A DNA stretch of 64,000 bases, from assembly GCA_040902895.1 (NCBI GenBank), contig JBBDWL010000081.1, positions 37,660 to 101,659 of the forward strand. Reading direction: 5' to 3'. Position 1 is the first letter of the stretch. Each line of letters opens with the position of its first letter. The DNA comes from Vicinamibacterales bacterium (lineage in GTDB: Bacteria; Acidobacteriota; Vicinamibacteria; Vicinamibacterales; SCN-69-37). The notes beneath the pieces were generated by a model. It did no database searches and was not told the DNA's origin. It was given only the letters and a program-made list of their open reading frames with translations. Below, one piece after another: positions 15,718 through 25,063 of this stretch. Made by a program: the position numbers and the translations under genes.

Positions 15718-16734
15718 TCAGCGAGGCCGCACTGATGCGGAACCGTCGGCGATCCGGCCGCTGAGCGATCGCAGGAAGGCGAGCAGAAAGCCCTTCTCCT
15801 GAGCGCTCAGTTGCAGCGGGCGGATTTCCGGATCCAGAGTCGGATTGGGGCGGCCTCCGCGATCGTAGAACGCGATTACGTCCTCGAGGGTCGCGACGCT
15901 GCCGTCGTGCATGTATGGCGCCGTGCGCGCGATCTCGCGCAGCGTGGGCGTCTTGAACGCCCCGCGATCGCCCGGGGCGCCGCTGACCGCGAATCGGCCG
16001 GCGTCCCGATATCCTTCCGCGACGTCCTCGCTCGCCCATGCGACACCGGTGTTGTGAAACCGCTCGTCGCTGAAGGTCGGGCCAAGGTGGCACGCCGTAC
16101 AGTTCGCTTTGCCGCGAAATACACGGAGGCCGGCCTGCGCTTGGGTAGATAGCGCATTCGCGTCGCCTGCGAGAAAACGATCGACGGGCGCGTCGCCGGC
16201 CTGAATCGACCGCACATAACTGGCCAGTGCCCGCGCGAGGTCGTCGCGGCTTACCTCGCGCGCGAAGGCGTCCCGGAATGCCGGCGCGTAATGGCGGTCG
16301 GCCGCCAGCCGCCGCACCACCTCATCGACCTCGGATCCGAGTTCGGCGGGATCCTCGATCGGACCCAGCACCTGTTCTTCGAGCGACGCGGCACGGCCGT
16401 CCCAGAAAAACGCCGCGCCGTACCCACGATTGAGAATCGCTGGAGCATTCCGCCGGCCGACGCGGCCGCCGACCCCCCGGCTCAACGCCCGGCCGTCGGC
16501 AAACGCGCGCGCCGGAACGTGGCACGTGGAGCACGCGATGGATCCATCGCGAGACAGGCGCGTGTCGAAGAACAGCCGCCGGCCAAGACTGATGCTTGCC
16601 TCAGTCAGCGGATTGTCTTCGGGCACCGGCATGTAGAGATCGAGGCCGAGCAGCACACGCCGCGGCCCGGCGGGCGCCGCGATTAGTGGAAGCCACATCA
16701 AGACGATGCCGGCGAGGATCGGTCCAGACCGCAT
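15718..16734 (-). CDS. Di-haem cytochrome c peroxidase / MauG family protein
   Basis: Two CxxCH motifs (CSTCH, CTACH), FFDTRLS and PYMHDGS blocks. Start set at MRSGPILAGIVLMWL (ATG 16734), just after the upstream gene's stop. Confidence 0.85.
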   Translation of the reverse strand: MRSGPILAGIVLMWLPLIAAPAGPRRVLLGLDLYMPVPEDNPLTEASISLGRRLFFDTRLSRDGSIACSTCHVPARAFADGRALSRGVGGRVGRRNAPAILNRGYGAAFFWDGRAASLEEQVLGPIEDPAELGSEVDEVVRRLAADRHYAPAFRDAFAREVSRDDLARALASYVRSIQAGDAPVDRFLAGDANALSTQAQAGLRVFRGKANCTACHLGPTFSDERFHNTGVAWASEDVAEGYRDAGRFAVSGAPGDRGAFKTPTLREIARTAPYMHDGSVATLEDVIAFYDRGGRPNPTLDPEIRPLQLSAQEKGFLLAFLRSLSGRIADGSASVRPR

Positions 16735-16747
16735 GCCGGTGATCCCT

Positions 16748-18868
16748 CTAACGCAGGAAATTTTCCATGACCCAGATCTCTCCGGTGAGGCTGCCGGCGA
16801 CCGACCGAAACGCGAGACGGCGGCCGTCCAGATCGAGGGTGGCTCCCAGCAGATCCGGACTCGTGAGGCCAGCGGCGATCGGCTGAGCGGGACCGCCGGC
16901 AACAAGCACACGCGCAAGTGAGTACAGCGGGCCGCCCTCTTTCTGCTGAGCGATCGCGAAGATCAGGAAACGATCGTCGCGAGACCAGTTGAGACCGCGA
17001 TATGCCGCGATTTGTCCAACACCGCCGGTCGTCAGGTCGCGTGGCGGCCCGCCTTCGACCGGAATCAGTCGAATCGCCGCCGCCATTCGGCTGGCGCCCG
17101 CCGGCGTCGCGGCCATTGCGCGATACGCGAGCCAGCGGCCATCGCGCGACAGTGCAAGATCCGACTTGGGGCCGGTTGAGTCGTCGATGACACGCGTCGC
17201 GCCCGACGTCAGATCGAATCGGATGACGGGCTGCGCGACCGGAGCGCCCATGGATCCGGCGGCGCCCAGGCCGTACGTAATGTAAAGAATCGCCGTCCCG
17301 TCGCGCGACCACAGCGCGCCGTTCAGTCCGAAGCCCGGATCGAGCTGCAGCAGTCGGGTTGTCGACCCGGTCGCCGCGTCGATGCGATAGAGCCCATACC
17401 GCGCGTTCTCCTGTGCCTGCACGAGCAGCGAGCGTCCGTCCGGCGACCACTGCGGCCGGTCAATCGCCGAGAGCGCCGGCTTCAGCTCGCGCACACGCGC
17501 CGACTCGACGTCGACGACGCAGAGGATTCGCGCCCCAATGGGTTGCGCCCGAGGGAAATCCAGCCGTCGCGACACGTATACGAGCTGCCGTCCATCGGGC
17601 GACCAGTCGGGCGCCGTGTTGGCGCCGACCAGATGCTCGCTGAAGCGTGAGGCAGGCTGTGCGAGCTCGCCGGTGTCCGGATCGATCCCGGCCACGTAGA
17701 TATCGGTCTGAGGAGCTTGGTGGTAGTAGAGGTTTCCCGTCTCTGTCACGCCGAGAGGGGCCGCGGCCGTCATGTCGGCTCTCACCAGTCGCGACGATCC
17801 GACCGGCCTTCCGCCCGAGACGCTCTGGCTCCACAACCCCATCGTGCCGGACCGATCGCTCAGGAACAGAACGTGCCGGCCATCGGGGGTCCAGATCGGA
17901 AACAGATCGTTGGCCGCGTGGTCGTCCAGCGTGGCCTGACGGCTGCCGTCGGCGGCGAGCAGGAAAATGTCGCGCGATGGCGTCGTCGCGTCCGGTGGAA
18001 AGTCGTAGGCGATCCAGGCGCCGTCGGAGGAGAGGCTGGCGTTTGCCACGCCGCGCCAATCGAATGTCTTGAGAATACGCGCGGCTCCCGTATCGACGGC
18101 GATGAATGCAAGCTGCGTCGTCCCATCCTTCCTGGCAAGACTTGTGAGAATCTGTCGCGCATCCGGCGTCCAGGCGAACGGCCGAATGGAGGTCGTTTCC
18201 GGATGACTGTAAAGCGTGCGTACATTCGAGCCGTCGCTCCCCGCGATCCGGAGCTCATAGCCGACCGGGCCGGCGAAGTTGAACGTCCCGAATGCCAGCT
18301 GACGGCCGTCGTGCGAGAACACCGAGAACTCGGTGAAGCGTCCCTGGTCCATGGCGCCTTTTGTCACGTGCCGCAACGCACCGGTGGCCAGATCGCGAAC
18401 GCGCAGATCGCCTGTAATCCAATCGACGTACGACAACAGGCGCCCATCACGCGATGGGGCACCGAACGGCCCGACACCGAGTCCAGCCCACACCTGGCGG
18501 GTTGCCGGTGCCCCGGGTGTCGCCGCGGAGGCAGCAGCGAGCTTGAGTTGCGCCTGACGAGCCAGATCGGCCTGATCGGCGTAGTCGGTCGCCACAATTC
18601 TGAACGCCCGGCGCGCATCGTCTTTCCGTCCGAGGCGCTCGTACAGCAGGCCGGCTCGCCAGTGGGCCATTCCGGCCAGATCGCGCTGGCTATTCGCGGC
18701 GGCCGTCGCGGCCGCCTGGGTATAGAGCGCAATGGCCTGTGCGAGGTTCTGGTTGCTCTCTTCGATCACTCGTGCACGCTCGAACAGCTCTCGCGGTGAA
18801 GCTGCAGGTGCCTGCTGGGCGGATACGACGACTGCCGACGCGATTGCAAGGGCAATCAGTTTTTCCAC
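16748..18868 (-). CDS. Secreted TPR-like N-domain + PD40/TolB-type beta-propeller protein (paralog 1)
   Basis: The N-terminal block PRELFERARVIEESNQNLAQAIALYTQAA is shared with the upstream paralog. Repeated W..DG..L.F/Y propeller blades. C-terminal EIWVMENFL. GTG 18868 chosen as start (VEKLIALAIASAVV signal). Confidence 0.7.
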   Translation of the reverse strand: MEKLIALAIASAVVVSAQQAPAASPRELFERARVIEESNQNLAQAIALYTQAAATAAANSQRDLAGMAHWRAGLLYERLGRKDDARRAFRIVATDYADQADLARQAQLKLAAASAATPGAPATRQVWAGLGVGPFGAPSRDGRLLSYVDWITGDLRVRDLATGALRHVTKGAMDQGRFTEFSVFSHDGRQLAFGTFNFAGPVGYELRIAGSDGSNVRTLYSHPETTSIRPFAWTPDARQILTSLARKDGTTQLAFIAVDTGAARILKTFDWRGVANASLSSDGAWIAYDFPPDATTPSRDIFLLAADGSRQATLDDHAANDLFPIWTPDGRHVLFLSDRSGTMGLWSQSVSGGRPVGSSRLVRADMTAAAPLGVTETGNLYYHQAPQTDIYVAGIDPDTGELAQPASRFSEHLVGANTAPDWSPDGRQLVYVSRRLDFPRAQPIGARILCVVDVESARVRELKPALSAIDRPQWSPDGRSLLVQAQENARYGLYRIDAATGSTTRLLQLDPGFGLNGALWSRDGTAILYITYGLGAAGSMGAPVAQPVIRFDLTSGATRVIDDSTGPKSDLALSRDGRWLAYRAMAATPAGASRMAAAIRLIPVEGGPPRDLTTGGVGQIAAYRGLNWSRDDRFLIFAIAQQKEGGPLYSLARVLVAGGPAQPIAAGLTSPDLLGATLDLDGRRLAFRSVAGSLTGEIWVMENFLR

Positions 18869-21066
18869 GGTGCGCGTTCCTTTTGTGATTTGGCATTCGG
18901 CGCCGGCAGGAAGTTCTCCAGCACCCACACTTCATCCGCCTTCGCCGGTTCCGCCGCAGCGAACGCCACGCGCCGGCCGTCGGGGTGCACGTGCATTCGC
19001 TGGTCGCTGTTGAAGGGGCGCCCGAGAGACGCAAGGTCCAGATCGAGTTTCTGAGGCGCGCTGCCGTCGATCGGAACGCGCCAGACGTCTCGCTGGCGTT
19101 GAGTCTCGGCTCCCGCTCTGATGGCGGTCACGAAGACAGAGCGGCTGTCGGGCGCCCACATCAGGATGTCGGCGCCGCGCGATTCCCCGCGCATCAACTC
19201 GCGCGGCTCACCGCCAGCGACAGAAGCCAGCAGGAGACTCCATTTCCCCGTGTCGCCGCCCGGCCACGCCTCGTTGGCGACGGCAGCCACGGATCGTCCG
19301 TCCGGCGACAGGTCCACGAACATCCAGCCGGGATTCCATGGCGCCGGTCCCGTTTTCCGGAAGATCTCGCGTTCGTTCCCCGAAGCCAGATCGCGTTCGA
19401 TGACGGCGGCGACTCGAGGATCGGCTTGTGTGGTGAGCCGCGTGAAGACGATCCGTTTGCCATCCGGTGTCCACATCGGGTTGATGCCCCCGCCGGCACC
19501 CAGCGGGATCCGCGTCGCCTCTCCAGTGATTGCATCGATCCGGAACATCCCTCGGCGGCCGTTGGAGTCGGTCCCGTTCATCGCGATCGACCGCCCATCG
19601 GGCGACCATCGCATGCTGGCGCCCCCGATATAGAAGGTCAAAGCAGGCTTCAACTCGCGAACCGGCTTCATGTCGCTGGCCCGAACCACGGTGATGATTC
19701 CGTTGGGCCGCAGATAGGCGAGCTCTTCGCCATTCGCGGACCACGCCGGAAAGTTGTTCGAGCCCACGAATGTCCGCACCGCCAGCTCGGGCGCCGACGA
19801 AAACCGGCTGGCGGCGAAATCAAATGTCCCCACGTGAATGTCTGAACTGATCATTTTCGTGAAATAGGAGTGCGTCACCAGCGAATAGAGCGCGCCGGCG
19901 CGCGTCATGCCCAACGATGTCCCGGCGTCTCCCACCGTGATCTGTTCCACCGCGCCGCCCGGCCGGCCGTTGCTCACCGGCACGCTCCACAGCGCCGGTG
20001 ATCCGGTGCGGTCGCTGTTGAAGAGGAGCCGCGTCCCGTCGGCGGTCCACCCGACCACCACGTCGTTCGCAGCGTGTACGACGGCCGGCGCCTCATGGCT
20101 GCCGTCAATCGCCAGGACGAAGATGTCCCTGGCGTCAGACGTATTTGTCGGAAGGTCGTAGGCGAGATAGCGGCTGTCGGGCGAGAAAAACACCTGCGTG
20201 GAGCCGCGCCACTCCACCGACTTCAGCACTTGCAGCGAACCATCCTGGACCGCGACGAGTCCGAGTTGACGCGTCTTGTCCTTTCGCTCCAGTTGGACGG
20301 CGAGCCACTTCCCGTCCGCCGACCAATCGTGCGGCGAGATTCGCAGCACCTCCGGATTGCTGAACAGCACACGCGGACGCGCCGCGGTCGCTCCTTTGAG
20401 ATCGATGACGCGCAGGTCGAAGTGGTTGCCGTTGAACCAGTCGAAGGCCAGATGCGCATCGTCAGCCGAAAAGAGGGCGTGCTCGACGAAGCCCTCCGTG
20501 CTGTCTTCGGTGAGGCGTCGATCCGCGCCCGACACGAAGTCGTGCAGGAACAGGTGGCCGCTGCCGCTCTGCACGCCCCAATTCGCGAACGGCAGATACC
20601 GCCCATCGTGGGACACCGTGCCGACGAAGTGGGTTGAACCGGGAAATGTCCACACCCGGCGGCGCGACATTCCGCCGGCGGGCCGTGGGCCGGCGGCCGA
20701 ACCGGCAAGCCGCGCCCGGGCGACGGCCGCCGTCCCTGCCTGGTCCGCGTACTGCGCGACGACGGCCTTGAAAGCGCGGTCGGCCTCCGTTTTTTGTCCG
20801 AGCCGCTCGTGGAGCAATCCCACCCTCAACTGCGCCGTGGCCGCCAGCTCGCGCTGGCCCTTTGCCGCCGCTTCGGCCGCCGCTCGCGTGTAGAGCGCGA
20901 TGGCCTCTGTGAGGTTCTGGTTGCTCTCCTCAATCAATCGCGCGCGCTCGAACAGTTCGCGCGAGGAGGGCGGCGTCGCGGTCTGCTCTCTGGCCGCCAC
21001 GGATCCGATCGCGAGTACGGCCGTTGCGGCGATCGCGCCGAACACTCTGAGATGTCGCGTCTGCAT
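18856..21066 (-). CDS. Secreted TPR-like N-domain + PD40/TolB-type beta-propeller protein (paralog 2)
   Basis: Signal peptide MQTRHLRVFGAIAATAVLAIGS, SRELFERARLIEESNQNLTEAIALYTRAA, many SPDG/WSPDG blades, C-terminal EVWVLENFL. GGAG upstream of the ATG. Confidence 0.75.
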   Translation of the reverse strand: MQTRHLRVFGAIAATAVLAIGSVAAREQTATPPSSRELFERARLIEESNQNLTEAIALYTRAAAEAAAKGQRELAATAQLRVGLLHERLGQKTEADRAFKAVVAQYADQAGTAAVARARLAGSAAGPRPAGGMSRRRVWTFPGSTHFVGTVSHDGRYLPFANWGVQSGSGHLFLHDFVSGADRRLTEDSTEGFVEHALFSADDAHLAFDWFNGNHFDLRVIDLKGATAARPRVLFSNPEVLRISPHDWSADGKWLAVQLERKDKTRQLGLVAVQDGSLQVLKSVEWRGSTQVFFSPDSRYLAYDLPTNTSDARDIFVLAIDGSHEAPAVVHAANDVVVGWTADGTRLLFNSDRTGSPALWSVPVSNGRPGGAVEQITVGDAGTSLGMTRAGALYSLVTHSYFTKMISSDIHVGTFDFAASRFSSAPELAVRTFVGSNNFPAWSANGEELAYLRPNGIITVVRASDMKPVRELKPALTFYIGGASMRWSPDGRSIAMNGTDSNGRRGMFRIDAITGEATRIPLGAGGGINPMWTPDGKRIVFTRLTTQADPRVAAVIERDLASGNEREIFRKTGPAPWNPGWMFVDLSPDGRSVAAVANEAWPGGDTGKWSLLLASVAGGEPRELMRGESRGADILMWAPDSRSVFVTAIRAGAETQRQRDVWRVPIDGSAPQKLDLDLASLGRPFNSDQRMHVHPDGRRVAFAAAEPAKADEVWVLENFLPAPNAKSQKERAPWKN

Positions 21067-21081
21067 GGTGCTATCTCCTGA

Positions 21082-21255
21082 TCACTGCGCTGAAGAATCG
21101 GCCGGGCCGGCGCTCACTTGCCGGAATGTTTCGACACACAGGCAGCCGATCGCCACGACGGCGATGCCGCACAGGCCGATCACCGTGACAGTGAGAAGAA
21201 AGAGGACGTCGCGAAGCCATCCGAACATCTCTGCCGACAGATCGGGCGTCGTCAT
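21082..21255 (-). CDS. Small membrane protein (57 aa), not in the ORF track
   Basis: Translated by hand: MTTPDLSAEMFGWLRDVLFLLTVTVIGLCGIAVVAIGCLCVETFRQVSAGPADSSAQ. One clear TM helix. GGAGG sits 5 nt upstream of the ATG. Lies between the response regulator and the PD40 genes on the same strand. Confidence 0.45.
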   Translation of the reverse strand: MTTPDLSAEMFGWLRDVLFLLTVTVIGLCGIAVVAIGCLCVETFRQVSAGPADSSAQ

Positions 21256-21333
21256 GGGACCTCCGCCCGCTGAAATCCTCGCGGGCCGGGGGACAGCATG
21301 GTCTTATGGCCCGTGAGAAGTGTCAGGACAACG

Positions 21334-22023
21334 TCAAGATTCGGCAGGGTCCTCGAGAATTCGATACCCGACGCCGCGGACGCTCTGGATGTACTCGCGG
21401 CCGTCCTCGCCCTCAATCTTCTTGCGCAGCGCGGCGACGTGCGTATCCACCGTACGGTGGGTAACGTAGACGTCCTTGCCCCAGAGGCGATCGAGAAACT
21501 CGTCGCGGGTGATGACGTCTCCAGGCTGCTGAAGCAGCAGATCGAGGATGTCGAACTCGCGCTTGGTGAGCGGCAGCGACTCGCCGCCGCGGGTCACGCG
21601 GCGCGCGCGGCGATCGATCAGCAGATCGCCCAGACGGCGGCTCGCGCCGGCGTCGCGGCCCTGCCGGCGGCGGATGCCGACCTTGACGCGCCCGACCAGC
21701 TCGCGCAGCGACAGCGGCTTCGTCACGTAGTCGTCCGCGCCCGCCTCGAATCCCGTGATGCGGTCGGCCTCCTGGCCGCGCGCCGACATCATGATGATCC
21801 AGAGATCGCCGAGATCGGCGCGCAGCCTCCGGCATACCTCGAATCCATTCAGTCCGGGCAGCATGACGTCGAGCAGCAGGACGTCCGGACGCCACGTGCG
21901 AGCCTCGGCGACGGCGGCCGGGCCGTCTCCGACGGTGCGTACGTCGAAGCCCTCGAAGGCGAGCTCGTCGCGGACGGCCATCAGGATGGACGGCTCGTCT
22001 TCGGCGATGAGGATGCTGGCCAT
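21334..22023 (-). CDS. OmpR-family response regulator
   Basis: Receiver MASILIAEDEPS...DVLLLDVMLPGLNG...IIMMSA and a winged-helix C-terminus LTKREFDILDLL...VRGVGYRI. Start at ATG 22023. Confidence 0.85.
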   Translation of the reverse strand: MASILIAEDEPSILMAVRDELAFEGFDVRTVGDGPAAVAEARTWRPDVLLLDVMLPGLNGFEVCRRLRADLGDLWIIMMSARGQEADRITGFEAGADDYVTKPLSLRELVGRVKVGIRRRQGRDAGASRRLGDLLIDRRARRVTRGGESLPLTKREFDILDLLLQQPGDVITRDEFLDRLWGKDVYVTHRTVDTHVAALRKKIEGEDGREYIQSVRGVGYRILEDPAES

Positions 22024-22037
22024 GTCCCCTTCCTCGC

Positions 22038-24080
22038 TCAGGTCTGCGATGGATCCGCGGCCGCGCCAATCGGAAGGACGATGGTGAAGGTCGTGCCCGT
22101 GCCGGCGCCCGGCGCGCTGACCGCCGACACACGGCCACCGTGTCCCTCCACCGCGGTTTTGACGAGCCACAGGCCGAGGCCGGTGCCGCGGACGTTGTGC
22201 AGATTGCCGCGGCGCGCGCGATAGAACCGATCGAACACCCGTTCGATCTCGTCGGCGTCGATGCCGATGCCCTGGTCGGCCACGTCGAGATAGAGGTCAT
22301 TCCCGCGCCGGGCGCACGTGACGCGCACCGTCGTGTCCGGAGGAGAGTATTTGAGGGCGTTGTCGAGGAGGTTCTCGATGGCCTCGCCCAGCGTCGTAGC
22401 ATCCAGCATCAAGAGCGGCGGCACGTCATCGTCGATCCGCACGACGATCGTGATGCGCCGCGCATCGGCGTGTGGCTGCAGGTGCGCCACGGCGTGCGCG
22501 ATCAGATCGCGGATGTCGGTTGGCGCCATCTCGTACGCGCGGTGACCGGCCTCGATCTGCTGCGCGGCAAGCACGCGATTGACCAGACGCTCGAGCCGGT
22601 CGGTCTCGCGTGTGATCGCGCGCTGATAGCCTTCGAGCTCCGACGGCGTTCCGAGGCGGCCGCTGACGATTCGCTCGACGAGCAGACGGATGCTCGTGAT
22701 CGGACTCTTGAATTCATGGCTGACGGCGCCGACAAATTCCGATTGCCGCCTCGCCAGCTCGACTTCGTGGCGCACACTACGCGCCGTCGCGCCAAGTCCC
22801 ACCACGAGAAAGACGATGAGCAGACCGATGAACGAATACCAGAGGAGGCGAGGGTCGCTTCGCCACGACACTGGCAACGGCGCCGAAAACGCCAGCTGCC
22901 ATCCCTCCAACGCCAGCACGGGCTCGACGTGCCACGGCGACGCCGCGGCCACAGCGCCCGCGGTCCAGACCGCATCGCCCCAGCGATCGCGAAGCGCCGA
23001 TCCATACGCCTGACTCCCGAGTATCGGCGTGAGCGCCGGCTCGAGAAGCGCCGCGAGACCATCGCGCGGGATCACGAGTCCCGCCCACGCCGTGCTCGCT
23101 GCCGTCGATGGCGTCCAGATCACGAGACAGACGCCGGCGGGTGTGCGCACCAACGCGCGGCTGGGACCATCACGGCGATAGGGAGGCGCGGCGCGCGCCA
23201 TCTCGTCGAGCGTGGCCAGCCACGCGAGACGCGCATCCATGGAGTCGTCCGTGGACGCGCCCGCCGCGCGCGCCAGACGCGTCAGCTCCGTGTCGTACGC
23301 GCGCCGTTCGGCCGCGCCGAGCCACCAGCGCCCCGCGCGCAGCCCGCGCTGTGTCTGTTCTATCAGCGCCGCAAAACGAACCCGCTCGGCCGGCGGCGCC
23401 TCGCCGGCGGTGAGAGCCGCCACGAGCGCCACGGGCGTGCCGCTCGGCGACACGGCGGGCGACGCGGCACGCGATGGGTCCGCCAGCTCCGTCAACGCGC
23501 GCGTGTCGCCGCTCCGGAAGCGCACGCGCGCGGAGACGAGCGCGCTCCACTCACCGAGGCCCGGCTCGAGCCGCTCGATGCGCCGCAGGCGATCGCCGGC
23601 GTCACTGACACGCGCCTGCGCTTCGAACGACTGCGCCTCTTCAACCAGGCCCGCGATCTGCGGTGACCAGCTGACGAGCATCCGGCGTTCGGACGGCTCG
23701 CGGCCGACGTCGCTGAAGTACACGCGATCGCCCGGCACCGTGACGACGCCGGCGGTGTCGAAGACAAGCGGCACGAGATTCGATCCCCACGCGGCGTCCG
23801 GCTGCCGGAGCCGCGTTTCGAGATCCGCGAGCAGGTTGGCGATCGCTCCATCGACCAGACGCGCCGCTTGACGCTGCTGCTCGCGCACGCGGTCGCGCTC
23901 CTGCACGGTTTCGGCGCGCACCGCGCGCAGCCCCAGCCACGCGAGCGCGAGCGCCGGCAGTGCGATGGAGACGGCGAACAGACGCCACCAGGCGCCTAAC
24001 GAAGCGACACCGGCTCCAGGCCACCGCATTGCGCGGAGAGTGTAATCGCGCAGCAGGTCGGCAACAAAACGTGAGAGCAT
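22038..24080 (-). CDS. Sensor histidine kinase with large N-terminal sensor region
   Basis: H-box SHEFKSPITSI, N-box LLDNALKYS, G-boxes DQGIGI and GTGLGLWLV, and two TM segments flanking a ~330-aa putative periplasmic region. Start uncertain (24080 or 24029). Confidence 0.8.
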   Translation of the reverse strand: MLSRFVADLLRDYTLRAMRWPGAGVASLGAWWRLFAVSIALPALALAWLGLRAVRAETVQERDRVREQQRQAARLVDGAIANLLADLETRLRQPDAAWGSNLVPLVFDTAGVVTVPGDRVYFSDVGREPSERRMLVSWSPQIAGLVEEAQSFEAQARVSDAGDRLRRIERLEPGLGEWSALVSARVRFRSGDTRALTELADPSRAASPAVSPSGTPVALVAALTAGEAPPAERVRFAALIEQTQRGLRAGRWWLGAAERRAYDTELTRLARAAGASTDDSMDARLAWLATLDEMARAAPPYRRDGPSRALVRTPAGVCLVIWTPSTAASTAWAGLVIPRDGLAALLEPALTPILGSQAYGSALRDRWGDAVWTAGAVAAASPWHVEPVLALEGWQLAFSAPLPVSWRSDPRLLWYSFIGLLIVFLVVGLGATARSVRHEVELARRQSEFVGAVSHEFKSPITSIRLLVERIVSGRLGTPSELEGYQRAITRETDRLERLVNRVLAAQQIEAGHRAYEMAPTDIRDLIAHAVAHLQPHADARRITIVVRIDDDVPPLLMLDATTLGEAIENLLDNALKYSPPDTTVRVTCARRGNDLYLDVADQGIGIDADEIERVFDRFYRARRGNLHNVRGTGLGLWLVKTAVEGHGGRVSAVSAPGAGTGTTFTIVLPIGAAADPSQT

Positions 24081-24116
24081 GACGCCGGCTGGAAGCCGCG
24101 CTAATCCGGAGAGGAC

Positions 24117-25028
24117 ATGAAGGGAATTATTGTCATCGGCCTTGGTCTGCTGGTGCCCGCGGCCGGCTCCTGGCAAACGGCAAACACGCTCGCGCGGCCC
24201 GCCTACGCGTCTGGCGCCGGACCGCGCGTGCTATACGACACAGCGCATTGGAATCCTTCGCTGGACGATGGGCGTTATCGGGCCGTGGCCGATCTGCTTC
24301 GGGCCGATGGCTATCGTATCGAGGGTGGCGCCATCCCGTTCGAGATGGCCGCGCTCGGCGGCTACGACATTCTGTTGAGCGTCACGCCCTACGCCGCGGA
24401 CCGGGCCTCGAATCCCGCTGAGGCCGCACGGCCCGTGTTTTCGGACGCGCAATGCGACACGCTCGAGGCCTGGGTCCGCAAAGGAGGCAAGCTTCTCTTC
24501 GTCGTCGGACATCAGCCCAGCGGAATCGCGCACGCGAATCTCGCCGCGCGCTTCGGGATCGAGTTGCGCAATGGCTCGGCGATGGATGCGACGCCGGCCA
24601 ACAACTGGGTGGACGGGCATGCCTCATGCGGCGGATGTCTGAAGTTCACGCGAGAGAACGGGCTCCTGCGGCTGCACCCCATTACGGAGGGCCGCGATGC
24701 AGAGGAGCGTGTGATGTCGGTCATCTCCGCGGTTGGCCAGTCGATCGCCGTTCGCAATCCGCGCGACATTCTGCTCGCGATGGGCCCCGATTCCTATGAC
24801 GTGCTTCCCGACAAGCGGCGGCTGCCCGCCAAAGGGCGCGCCCAGGCTGTGGCGGTCAGCGCCGGCGCCGGACGCGTGGTGGTCATCGGGGACGGCTCGA
24901 TACTTTCCGGTTTCACGTACGGCGCGGAGAATCCAGGATTCCGGCGATGGTGGCCGAAGGATCCTGACAACCGTCAGTTCACGCTGAACGTCATGCACTG
25001 GCTCTCAGGTCTTTTGCCTGGACCTTAG
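24117..25028 (+). CDS. Secreted hypothetical protein, DUF4350 / class-I amidotransferase-like fold
   Basis: Signal-like MKGIIVIGLGLLVPAAG. VLYDTAHWN...YDILLSV...EAWVRKGGKLLFVVGH...VVVIGDGSILS pattern. Family call is tentative. Confidence 0.5.
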   Translation: MKGIIVIGLGLLVPAAGSWQTANTLARPAYASGAGPRVLYDTAHWNPSLDDGRYRAVADLLRADGYRIEGGAIPFEMAALGGYDILLSVTPYAADRASNPAEAARPVFSDAQCDTLEAWVRKGGKLLFVVGHQPSGIAHANLAARFGIELRNGSAMDATPANNWVDGHASCGGCLKFTRENGLLRLHPITEGRDAEERVMSVISAVGQSIAVRNPRDILLAMGPDSYDVLPDKRRLPAKGRAQAVAVSAGAGRVVVIGDGSILSGFTYGAENPGFRRWWPKDPDNRQFTLNVMHWLSGLLPGP

Positions 25029-25063
25029 CCAAACCCTGTCCGCCGCCCCTCACAAGGCACGGG

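Noticed and set aside
15677-16093. A 139-codon N-terminal extension of the acyl-activating enzyme ORF. Similar extensions occur on the CCP, RR, HK, OMP, PPIase, IDH and nadE ORFs.
   Set aside because: The extensions overlap the 3' end of the upstream gene in another frame, are Arg-rich nonsense, and are followed by internal starts that give proper N-termini or signal peptides directly after the upstream stop.
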